A stretch of DNA of 51,589 bases, taken from positions 1 to 51,589 of the forward strand of contig DASQSS010000229.1 in the NCBI GenBank assembly GCA_035642255.1, given 5' to 3'. Below are positions 9,299 to 17,629 of this stretch, one piece after another. The notes under the pieces were generated by a model. That model saw only the letters and a list, made by a program, of their open reading frames with translations. It had not been told where the DNA came from and ran no database searches. Origin of the DNA: Ktedonobacterales bacterium. GTDB lineage: Bacteria; Chloroflexota; Ktedonobacteria; Ktedonobacterales; JADMIN01. Every line of letters begins with the position of its first letter. Position 1 is the first letter of the stretch. A program made the position numbers and the translations under genes.

Positions 9299-10507
9299 AT
9301 GCAGCCGCGCAAGAAGCATGGTCGCACAGGCTCCCCGGCGGAGCGGGCGCCCGCCTCCTATGCTGTCGGCGAGGATGTCGCTTCACCTGCGACCCATACG
9401 ACGCAGCAGACGCAGATGCAGACGCAGACGCGGACGTCTGGCGGCCCGCGCCATACGTCGAGGGCGCGTGTCACGCCGCGTCCCGCGACAGACTCCGCGA
9501 CAGACCCCGTGACTGACATTGAGGCGCTGAGCGCGGGCGCTTTCACGCCTCCCAGCCAGGCGGAGCGCGAGCGCCGTTGGCGGCGGCCTATCCAACGGCG
9601 CGGCGCCAACATGACGATGACGCGATGGGCAGGCGGCGCGGCGCGTGGCGCGGGACAACGAGTGCAACGCGTCCCGCTCAGGCGCGCCTTTTCGATTCTC
9701 ACGCCGCTGGTGGCGCTCATTGCCCTATTCGGATGGTTCCTGCTGGGCTCGTACTGGCAGACGCGGACGGTGCGAATCCAGGGAACGACTGATCCGGCGC
9801 TGCTCGCGCTGGTTCGCGCGCAGCGGTTGACGGGCTGCGACGCCTTCCTCTGCGACTTCCGCGCGGCGAGGCAGAGCATCGCGGTGTCACCCCGCGCGCA
9901 GCAGGTGAGCATTCAGGTCGTATTCCCCTCCACGACACTGGTGCGCATTACACCGCGCCTGACGACGGCGCTCTGGCGCATCCAGGGGCAGACCTGGGCT
10001 GTCGGCGAGGATGGCGTCGTGATCGGCGCCGCGGATCACGATCCATCGCTGGCAGCGTCAGGAGCAGCGCTCGTGGATGATCCTACCGACATCGCGTTCG
10101 CCGGGCGCGCGCCGCAGCCGGGAGCGCGGATGGATGCCGCGCTGGTCGCGATGGCAAAGCAGTTGCGTATGAGCTCGGCAGGCGCGGGACTTGACCCCAC
10201 ATCACTGCGTCTCACCGTGGAGGACGGGTTCACATTGCGTGCGAAGAGCTCCGGCGCGCTGGTCGTGTTCGGTGATCCCACTGACGCGGCGGCGACTCTG
10301 GCTGACGTTGACCGCGCGTCTCCCGCGCCCGAGGTGAGCCAGAGCGCGCAGGATGTTGGTGTGATACAGGCGACGCCAGCGCAGGCGGCGCAAGGAGCGC
10401 AGATTCAGGTGGAGGCAGCCGCCGCTCTGGTCGCTCGGCTCGCGCAAAGCGGCGCGAGCGCCACTCGTATTGATGTGCGCTGGGGAAGCCATCCCTATTA
10501 TCGCTAG
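9299..10507 (+). CDS. ftsQ: Cell division protein FtsQ/DivIB-like (long disordered N-terminus, one TM, POTRA-like domain)
   Basis: TM segment FSILTPLVALIALFGWFLLGSYW followed by TVRIQGTT...VSPRAQQVSIQVVFPSTTLVRITPR (POTRA-like). Lies directly upstream of ftsA-ftsZ. GGGGAGG RBS. Confidence 0.7.
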   Translation: MQPRKKHGRTGSPAERAPASYAVGEDVASPATHTTQQTQMQTQTRTSGGPRHTSRARVTPRPATDSATDPVTDIEALSAGAFTPPSQAERERRWRRPIQRRGANMTMTRWAGGAARGAGQRVQRVPLRRAFSILTPLVALIALFGWFLLGSYWQTRTVRIQGTTDPALLALVRAQRLTGCDAFLCDFRAARQSIAVSPRAQQVSIQVVFPSTTLVRITPRLTTALWRIQGQTWAVGEDGVVIGAADHDPSLAASGAALVDDPTDIAFAGRAPQPGARMDAALVAMAKQLRMSSAGAGLDPTSLRLTVEDGFTLRAKSSGALVVFGDPTDAAATLADVDRASPAPEVSQSAQDVGVIQATPAQAAQGAQIQVEAAAALVARLAQSGASATRIDVRWGSHPYYR

Positions 10508-10593
10508 CGCGCGCTGACCCGCGATGTCATGAGACTCCGCGGAGGACCAGACGCCGCGTGTCGCATAGAACGCATTTGAGGAAGTTCACAGGT

Positions 10594-11877
10594 ATGAAGG
10601 ATCGAGAGCGTACCCGAAGTCTGGCCGAGCGCGAAGCGACGATCGTAAGTCTGGATCTTGGCTCACAGACGATCAAGGCGCTGATGGCGGTGATCGAGCA
10701 GGACGGCGGCCTCACCTTCATCGCGGGTGGCGAATTCCCCTCCGCGGGCATTCGCGAGGGGATGGTGAGCGCGCCAGAGCAGGCGAACGCCGCGCTGGTG
10801 GCCGCGCTCGATACCCTGGAGCGCGCCAGCGGAATGCGCGTTATGAGCGCATATGTCAGCGTTGGGGGCTCGCGCGTGCGCAGCTACGCGGCTCATGCTG
10901 AGACGAAGGTCACGCAACCCGACCAGGAGATCAGCCTGCGCGAGGTCGAGCAGGTTGTGGGCGCGGCGCGCACGGCGCAGGTTGGCGACGGGCATAGTGA
11001 GCAGCTCCATGTCATTCCGCGCAGCTACAGCATCGATGGCGTCGGCGGCATTCCCAACCCTGTCGGCATGGTGGGCTTCGAGCTTGCGGTGGACGCCTGT
11101 ATCGTCACGGCGCCACTCAGCGTCACCCAGAATCTTGTACGTCTGCTCCACGATACTGAGACAGAGCCTGATGACCTGATCGCCGGACCCCTGGCGGCGA
11201 ACGCGAGCGTGCGCGATCAGGCCTCTTCGGGGTTGCCATGCGCTGTGGTGGATATCGGCGCGCAAACTACGGGGGTCTCGATCTATGCTGACGGCGCGAT
11301 TGCGCGATGCGATTGCCTTCCTCTGGGGGGTGATGCGATCACGCGGCAGATGGCGCATAAGTTGCGGCTGCCCTTTGATGTCGCCGAGACGCTCAAGCGC
11401 CGCTATGCGACCTGCTTGCCTAGCGATGTGACAGATGACGATCTCATCGAGATGAACCCGGTCAGCGGCTCCGATGAACTGCTGCCAGCGAAGGTGCTCG
11501 CGGAGAGCGCGGCCGACGGCGCGCAGGAGCTGGCGCTGGCGCTCCGCTCGCAGCTCCATCAGGCGCAACGCCAGGGGCTGTATCCCGCGACGCTGCTCCT
11601 GACGGGTGGCGGCGCGGAGCTGGGCGGCCTGGATGCATTGCTGGCGAGCGCGACACAGATACCCGCGCTCGTCGCGAGGCCAGAGGGGATTGTCGGCACG
11701 CCACCGCCGCTATCTCGGCCAGCGTTCGCGGTGGCGACGGGCCTGCTGCTGCTGGGCGCTCGCCAACGCAGGCGCACAATGAAGCGTCCGGTGGTGAAGT
11801 CGGCGCCGTTGATTGGCGAGCTCAGGCGCATCTTCACAGGGCGCGGCCCAGGCGCAGACCACGCGCCACATCGTTGA
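10594..11877 (+). CDS. ftsA: Cell division protein FtsA
   Basis: Actin-fold motifs VSLDLGSQTIKALMAV, VVDIGAQTTGVSIY and LLLTGGGAELGGL, in the position between ftsQ and ftsZ. I prefer the ATG at 10594 (GAGGAAG RBS) to the ORF-track start at 10558. Confidence 0.85.
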   Translation: MKDRERTRSLAEREATIVSLDLGSQTIKALMAVIEQDGGLTFIAGGEFPSAGIREGMVSAPEQANAALVAALDTLERASGMRVMSAYVSVGGSRVRSYAAHAETKVTQPDQEISLREVEQVVGAARTAQVGDGHSEQLHVIPRSYSIDGVGGIPNPVGMVGFELAVDACIVTAPLSVTQNLVRLLHDTETEPDDLIAGPLAANASVRDQASSGLPCAVVDIGAQTTGVSIYADGAIARCDCLPLGGDAITRQMAHKLRLPFDVAETLKRRYATCLPSDVTDDDLIEMNPVSGSDELLPAKVLAESAADGAQELALALRSQLHQAQRQGLYPATLLLTGGGAELGGLDALLASATQIPALVARPEGIVGTPPPLSRPAFAVATGLLLLGARQRRRTMKRPVVKSAPLIGELRRIFTGRGPGADHAPHR

Positions 11878-11897
11878 GTCGAAGGGAGGCGCATCCC

Positions 11898-13811
11898 ATG
11901 TCTGCAAACTACCCACCAGGTCATTCTCAGTCTAGCCCGTCGCAGGGCGATCATGATACGACGCCCGAGAGCCGTCCGGTGATCAATCTATTCCCATCAA
12001 GCGCACAGCCAGACGCGACGAACAACGAGCCGCACGCCTCCGCTGGTGGCGGCGCTAGCGAGAGCAGCGAGAGCAGCGCGCTGGAGGCTGGCTGGCGTGA
12101 CGCGCCAGACGACGCCAGCGCGCCGGAAGGGCCAGACGCGCCCGAGGCATCCGGAGCGCCAGAAACGCCGCACCTGTCAGAACAGACGCAGACAGCGAAC
12201 GCCGAATCCGCGCCGGCTGCGGACGCTGGGGCCGCGACGCCGTCACCCACTGACGCGCATGATGACGAGCTCAACACGCCGACTGGGGGCGCGCGACTGC
12301 TCGTGGTTGGCGTCGGCGGGGCGGGCTGCAATATTGTCAACCACATGATCGAGTCGGACATGAGCGGCGTCGAATTTCTGACGATCAACACTGATACGCA
12401 GGCGCTACGTCGCTCACTTGCCGCCAATCGGCTCACGATTGGCGCGACCCTGACACGCGGGATGGGCACAGGTGGGAATCCCGCCATCGGGCAGCAGGTC
12501 GCGCAGGAGAGTTATCACGAGTTGGTCAGCGCGCTCGATGGGGCTGACATGGTCTTCATCACGGCGGGCATGGGCGGCGGCACTGGAACCGGCGCCTGCC
12601 CGATCGTGGCGCAGGCGGCGCGTGAGGTTGGCGCGCTGACGCTGGCGATCGTGACGACGCCGTTCGCCTTCGAGCGCCGCCGCCGCTCGGTCGCCGAGCA
12701 GGGAGTCGCCGCGCTGCGCACCGTTGTGGACGCGCTCATCATGGTGCCAAATGAGCGGTTGGCCCAGCTCGTCGGACGCGACACCAGCATCTTCGAGGCG
12801 TATCGGCTGGCGGATGAGGCGCTGCGCGTGGGCGTGCAGGGCTTGAGCGATCTCATCACGATTCCGGGCCTGGTCAATCTTGACTTCGCGGACGTGCGCT
12901 CGGTGATGAGTGAGGCTGGGTCGGCGTATCTCGCGTCGGGGTCAGCCAAGGGCGACGGTCGCGCCGAGAACGCGCTGCGCTCCGCTCTCTCAAATCCGCT
13001 GCTGGACGTGGACATCACGGGCGCGCGTGGCCTGATCTTCAACGTGACAGGCGGCGACGACCTGAGCATGCGTGAGGTCGAGCAGATCGCCAACGCGCTC
13101 AGCGCGTCGGTTCACCCGGATGCGAATCTGATCTTTGGCGCGACCTACGACCCGAAAGCGACAGATACGCTGAAGCTCACTGTCGTGGCGACGGGCTTCG
13201 AGCCGCATGTCGCGCCAGAGGCTCGCCCTTCCACCTGGACGCCCGGACGCATTCCGCTGGCGCCCAGCCGACGCGAGAACCGCCCAGATGTCTCCGCCGC
13301 TGGCGCGCCGTCACGGCCAGCCGAGCCCTCCACTCCAGGACGCATGGTGTTCGATGAGCCACTGCCGCATCTCTCGCAGCCGGGAGCTGACTACAACTGG
13401 AACTCGCCACCGGCATCAACGTGGTCGGCGCCGTCTCAGACGCCCTCCGCTCCAGGGTGGCAGGGTGGTGTAAGCGTCACCCCGGTCAACCCGCCGACGA
13501 GTGGCCAGCCAGTGCAGCAGCCTCCTAACCAGCCAACGAGCCAGCAAGGGAGTCAGCCTGCGAACCAGCCGCTCGCTGGCGTGCGACCACCCGCGACGGG
13601 CAGACCGCAGGGCGGGAGTGATCAGGTCGTCAATCCGGCCTATCCGCGTGGGCGTGCCGCGTATCCGCGAGAGGATTACGCTGAGAACGTCGAGGAAACG
13701 TCCCATCCACAGGAGCGTGAAGACCGGCAGGGGTTCTGGAGCAGGCTCTTCTCCTCCAGCCCGTCCCGACCCGCAGGGCATTCTGAGCCGCCGGACACGC
13801 AACATCCCTAG
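11898..13811 (+). CDS. ftsZ: Cell division GTPase FtsZ with long N- and C-terminal low-complexity extensions
   Basis: Core motifs LLVVGVGGAGCNIVNHM, ITAGMGGGTGTGACPIVA, NLDFADVRSVM and VVATGFE. The ATG at 11898 is preceded by AAGGGAGG. About 131 aa precede the GTPase core and about 200 Pro/Gln-rich aa follow it. Confidence 0.92.
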   Translation: MSANYPPGHSQSSPSQGDHDTTPESRPVINLFPSSAQPDATNNEPHASAGGGASESSESSALEAGWRDAPDDASAPEGPDAPEASGAPETPHLSEQTQTANAESAPAADAGAATPSPTDAHDDELNTPTGGARLLVVGVGGAGCNIVNHMIESDMSGVEFLTINTDTQALRRSLAANRLTIGATLTRGMGTGGNPAIGQQVAQESYHELVSALDGADMVFITAGMGGGTGTGACPIVAQAAREVGALTLAIVTTPFAFERRRRSVAEQGVAALRTVVDALIMVPNERLAQLVGRDTSIFEAYRLADEALRVGVQGLSDLITIPGLVNLDFADVRSVMSEAGSAYLASGSAKGDGRAENALRSALSNPLLDVDITGARGLIFNVTGGDDLSMREVEQIANALSASVHPDANLIFGATYDPKATDTLKLTVVATGFEPHVAPEARPSTWTPGRIPLAPSRRENRPDVSAAGAPSRPAEPSTPGRMVFDEPLPHLSQPGADYNWNSPPASTWSAPSQTPSAPGWQGGVSVTPVNPPTSGQPVQQPPNQPTSQQGSQPANQPLAGVRPPATGRPQGGSDQVVNPAYPRGRAAYPREDYAENVEETSHPQEREDRQGFWSRLFSSSPSRPAGHSEPPDTQHP

Positions 13812-13826
13812 CGTGGCATCTTCGTC

Positions 13827-14177
13827 CTAGCGGGTTGTCAGGCGCGCGTGCGCCGCGGTTGCAGACTGCGGCGCACGCGCGTCCTTCCAGTTCCACCATT
13901 TGAGCCGCTCGGTGTCGTGTGGCGCGGGGCCAGCGAAGTAGACGGCGCAGCGCAGGACGTAGAGCATGCAGCGGTCAATATGCGTCCCACGCAGCGCGCA
14001 GAGCCGGTCATACAACTCCTCGGGGTCCGCGCCGTCGAGTTGCGCGACCGAGCGCACGCCTAAATCCCAGAGGTCCACGGCAATGCGTTCCCCAACCCCG
14101 GGGATGCGTCGCAGATTGCGCAGGACGGCCGCCTGGGCCGGGTCGGGTGTCTGCCTCACCTCAGTCAACTGGGTCAT
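13827..14177 (-). CDS. Helix-hairpin-helix protein of the Cdd1 ('pathogenicity locus') family
   Basis: IPGVGERIAVDLWDLGVRSVAQLDGADPEELYDRLCALRGTHIDRCMLYVLRCAVYFA...LKWWNWKD matches my memory of that small HhH family. AGAGGTG RBS. Confidence 0.7.
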   Translation of the reverse strand: MTQLTEVRQTPDPAQAAVLRNLRRIPGVGERIAVDLWDLGVRSVAQLDGADPEELYDRLCALRGTHIDRCMLYVLRCAVYFAGPAPHDTERLKWWNWKDARAPQSATAAHARLTTR

Positions 14178-14210
14178 CAGAATTACACCTCTGTTCCATG
14201 CGCGGCGCGG

Positions 14211-14621
14211 CTACTGCGCATCCGCCGCTTGGTCACTCGCGATCGGGCTGGAGAATCCGAGGATGTAGCCGTTTGGATCCTGAATATAGAACTCGCGGGC
14301 ATGGTAGGGCATCGTCACAGGCTCCTTCACGACCTGCGCCTTATCATGAACGCGAGCGTACAGGGCGTCCGCGTCATCGACGCCGATGTAGAGCGTCAGC
14401 GCGCCACCAATGGGCCGACCTGCGAATACTGGCAGCTCCTCTTCGAGACTCGGGCGCGCCTGAAACATCAGCGAGACCGCGCCCGCACGGACGGTCGCCC
14501 AGACGGGCGCGCCCTGCTCTGGCGCCGTGTCAGTGACCGCAAACCCGAGCGCATCGCGATAGAACGCGACCGTCTGGGCCACATCTTCGACCATCAGGTT
14601 GGGTGTCAACGAGGTGAACAT
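14211..14621 (-). CDS. VOC-family (glyoxalase/bleomycin-resistance-like) protein
   Basis: From the ATG at 14621 (GGAGGG RBS): MFTSLTPNLMVEDVAQTVAFYRDALGF...REFYIQDPNGYILGF. The 56-aa upstream extension in the ORF track was rejected. Confidence 0.8.
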   Translation of the reverse strand: MFTSLTPNLMVEDVAQTVAFYRDALGFAVTDTAPEQGAPVWATVRAGAVSLMFQARPSLEEELPVFAGRPIGGALTLYIGVDDADALYARVHDKAQVVKEPVTMPYHAREFYIQDPNGYILGFSSPIASDQAADAQ

Positions 14622-14803
14622 CACAGCATCCCTCCTCGCGCGACTTGCGCTGGATGAACGCCTGACCCAGCCTGACAGGTTCCGGCTGGCGTCGACGTCC
14701 TGATGCGGAGTATAAAGCGCAATGTGGACAGAATCGGTCCCTATTACGCGCAACAACAGCAACTTCGTTCGAAGCGTGAGCCAGGACACACTGGAGGCGC
14801 CGT

Positions 14804-15793
14804 GTGATCCATCCCGCCTATTCGCCCGCGACCCGCTTGCTGACCCTGCTCGATCTGCTGCAATCGCACCCGCGCCTGTCAGCGGAGCAGCTTGCCGGCA
14901 CGCTGGGGGTCACTACGCGTAGCGCTCGGCGCTACATTACTATGCTGCAAGATATGGGGATACCCGTCGAAGCGCGGCGAGGACGGTATGGCGGATATGC
15001 GCTCCGGCCAGGCTATAAGCTGCCGCCGCTGATGTTGACAGATGACGAGGCGCTGGCGATCACGCTGGGACTGCTCGCGACACCGCATCTCGGCGTGCCG
15101 GAGATACGGGCCGCCACGACGGGGGCGCTGGCGAAGCTGGAGCGTGTGCTGCCCATCGAGACCCGCGAGCGTGTACAGGCCATCAGCGGCGCTGTTGTCT
15201 TCGACACGCCTGTCGCCACCGGGGAGGAGTCTCCCGCGCGGCTTGACTTCATTACGCGGTGCAGCGATGCCGCGCGACGGTCGCTTCGTCTGCGCATGGT
15301 CTATCAGCGCGATGATGGCGCGCAAACCGAGCGTCTATTCGATTGCTTTGGTGTCGTCCACCATGCGAAGCGCTGGTATGCGGTCGGCTTCTGCCACCTG
15401 CGCCAGGATATGCGTGTCTTCCGCCTCGACCGCGTATGCGCGCTGGAGCCATGTGACGAGCGGTTCCTCCGTCCAGCGGACTTTGATTGCCTTGCCTACG
15501 CCGTCGCATCCTTCGCTGCGATCCCCGAGCGCTGGCTCGTGGAGGCGCTGCTCGACACTTCGTTCGCGGAGGCTTGCCGCATGGCGCCGCCAGACTTCGC
15601 CACGCTTGAAGAGATGCCGGTCGGCGTAGCGCTGCGCGCCTACGATAACAGCCTGGAGCACGCCGCCCGCTTTCTCATCGCGCTGGGCTGCCCCTTTCAG
15701 GTCGTCGGGCCGCCAGAGCTGCTTCAGGCATTGGAGCGTGTGGCGGCCGCGATCAGCGCTATAGTCGCTCAAGGCTTGCGCGTCCGGCTGTAG
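14804..15793 (+). CDS. YafY-type transcriptional regulator (HTH + WYL domain)
   Basis: N-terminal wHTH TRLLTLLDLLQSHPRLSAEQLAGTLGVTTRSARRYITMLQDMGIPVEARRGRYGGYAL, a central LRMVYQRDDG...RWYAVGFCHLRQDMRVFRLDRV (WYL-type) segment, and a C-terminal WCX-like part. Confidence 0.85.
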   Translation: MIHPAYSPATRLLTLLDLLQSHPRLSAEQLAGTLGVTTRSARRYITMLQDMGIPVEARRGRYGGYALRPGYKLPPLMLTDDEALAITLGLLATPHLGVPEIRAATTGALAKLERVLPIETRERVQAISGAVVFDTPVATGEESPARLDFITRCSDAARRSLRLRMVYQRDDGAQTERLFDCFGVVHHAKRWYAVGFCHLRQDMRVFRLDRVCALEPCDERFLRPADFDCLAYAVASFAAIPERWLVEALLDTSFAEACRMAPPDFATLEEMPVGVALRAYDNSLEHAARFLIALGCPFQVVGPPELLQALERVAAAISAIVAQGLRVRL

Positions 15794-16061
15794 CGACGCC
15801 GTCTCAGCGTTGTACTGAATAGTTCGGGATGAGCGGGAGCCGCGCCTAAGATGGGCATGCCCCATGCGCTAGCTCCCTCATTACTAGCGGTGGGAGCCCA
15901 GGCCATCGCTGCCGCAATCTGGCGCAATCTGGCGCGCCGGACCATGGAGCCACCCGCTTCCGCCATCGACGCGACTTGCCAGCGGCGGCGCTGGCTGATA
16001 GGATGCGCAGAGGAACGTTGAACGGGCGAGCGACCGCCGCGTTACGTTCGAGGAGAGCAGC

Positions 16062-17576
16062 GTGAGCCAGCAATTTGTCCCGCCCACACAGGCGCCGTTA
16101 ATCGATGGGCGCGTATTGCGCGTTGAGGAAGACGGCGTCCATCTCGGCGAGCGGTTCCATCCCCTCGCGCAGATCGAGGAGGCGCGTCTGCTTTTCCTGC
16201 GTCCGGAGACCATCGGCCTACGTCTCGCGCGCGTTGGACTGGCGGAGTATTCGTTCGCGCGCCCGGGCGATGGCGTGGCCGCGCTCGAAACCCTCTACTA
16301 TTTGCGGCCGGAGCTTCGCAGAGTCGATGCGCCCGCGCCGGTCGCGGAGGCTCCCGCTGGCTACTTCGCGCCCATCGCCACGCCACCGCCACTCCCGCCG
16401 CCACCGCAGGCCGCGCCGTCGCCGTATGCTCCCACGCAGCCGGGAACCCCGTTTGGCGCGCCCGCTCGATCGGATTTCCCAATGGCTCCGCAGTTTGCGC
16501 GCCCGGCTGGCTCAGTTCCCTTTCCAGCGCAAACACTGGAGGCGTATGGCGCTGAGCCAAACCGCACGCACGCTGGCCTGACGCCGGTTCCACGCACGGC
16601 GAGCCAGTTGATTGGCGCGACGTTTCGCCTCTTTGGCAAGCGACTGGCGCCGCTGATTATGCTGGCGCTGCTGGTGGCGGCGCTGCCCTCGATGGCCCTG
16701 GCGCTCCTCGACGCCATCCTCTCGGCGCTGAGCGGCGTCAATCCGCTTGCGGGAGCGCCCAACCCCATCAATTCTCTGCAGCAGGCGGTGAATGGCCAGA
16801 CCACGAGCATCACGACCACGACGACAACCGCTGCGACGTCGGTCGATGCGTTGATCGGCCTGCTCTCGCTCGTCGTGGTGGTGTTGACCCTGCTCGTGGC
16901 GGCGTGGAGCCAGGCGGCGTTGACGGTAGGCGCACGACAGGCGCTGCTGGGACGCCCCATCTCGCCGCGTGACTGCGCGCGTGAGGGGTTTGCTCGCGTG
17001 TGGCCCACTCTTTGGGCGCTCTTCTTCCTCTACGGCATGCTCGCGCTCATCGCGGTTCCAGGTCTGGGTCTGGCGCTGACATTCGTGCTGGCGCCCTACA
17101 CGCCGGGCATCTCCAACCAGATCTCGCCGGAGGCTGGCGCGGCGTTCACTGTGATCGCATGCATACTGGCTGTCGCGGTCCTCGCGCTCGTGGCCTACCT
17201 CTGGACTCGCTTCGCGCTCTATCCGACCGCCGCCGCACTAGGGATGCCGCAGCCGTTGCGTCTGAGTCTCACGCTGACATCGTTTGGCTGGTGGCGCGCC
17301 TTCCGGGCGCTCTTTGTGGTGACGCTGATGACGGGCCTGTTGATCATCCCTGCGGGCGCCGCGCAGCTCCTCTCGGTGGCGGTGGCGACCGTCGCGCTGG
17401 CCCCACTCGCCCAGCTCATCACTGGACCGCTGGGCGCTCTGATTCGCGTCAGCGTGCTCTATGACCAGCGGCTGCGACGCGAGGGCTATGCGCTCTTCGT
17501 ACAGGAAGGCGTCGCGATTCCTCCATCTGAGCCATCATCTCCCGCGTCAGAAAGCCCAACCGGGGTGAGCCGCTAG
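16062..17576 (+). CDS. Hypothetical membrane protein (soluble N-domain, Pro-rich linker, about 6 TM segments)
   Basis: 504 aa. GAGGAGAG RBS before the GTG start. Hydrophobic segments begin at LAPLIMLALLVAALPSMALALL. Contains a poly-Thr tract TTSITTTTTTAATS. No catalytic motif recognised. Confidence 0.6.
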   Translation: MSQQFVPPTQAPLIDGRVLRVEEDGVHLGERFHPLAQIEEARLLFLRPETIGLRLARVGLAEYSFARPGDGVAALETLYYLRPELRRVDAPAPVAEAPAGYFAPIATPPPLPPPPQAAPSPYAPTQPGTPFGAPARSDFPMAPQFARPAGSVPFPAQTLEAYGAEPNRTHAGLTPVPRTASQLIGATFRLFGKRLAPLIMLALLVAALPSMALALLDAILSALSGVNPLAGAPNPINSLQQAVNGQTTSITTTTTTAATSVDALIGLLSLVVVVLTLLVAAWSQAALTVGARQALLGRPISPRDCAREGFARVWPTLWALFFLYGMLALIAVPGLGLALTFVLAPYTPGISNQISPEAGAAFTVIACILAVAVLALVAYLWTRFALYPTAAALGMPQPLRLSLTLTSFGWWRAFRALFVVTLMTGLLIIPAGAAQLLSVAVATVALAPLAQLITGPLGALIRVSVLYDQRLRREGYALFVQEGVAIPPSEPSSPASESPTGVSR

Positions 17577-17629
17577 CTGGCTGCCCGCCATCTCGGACGG
17601 TTCGTGGCTGCGCACAACTGCCCAATGCG

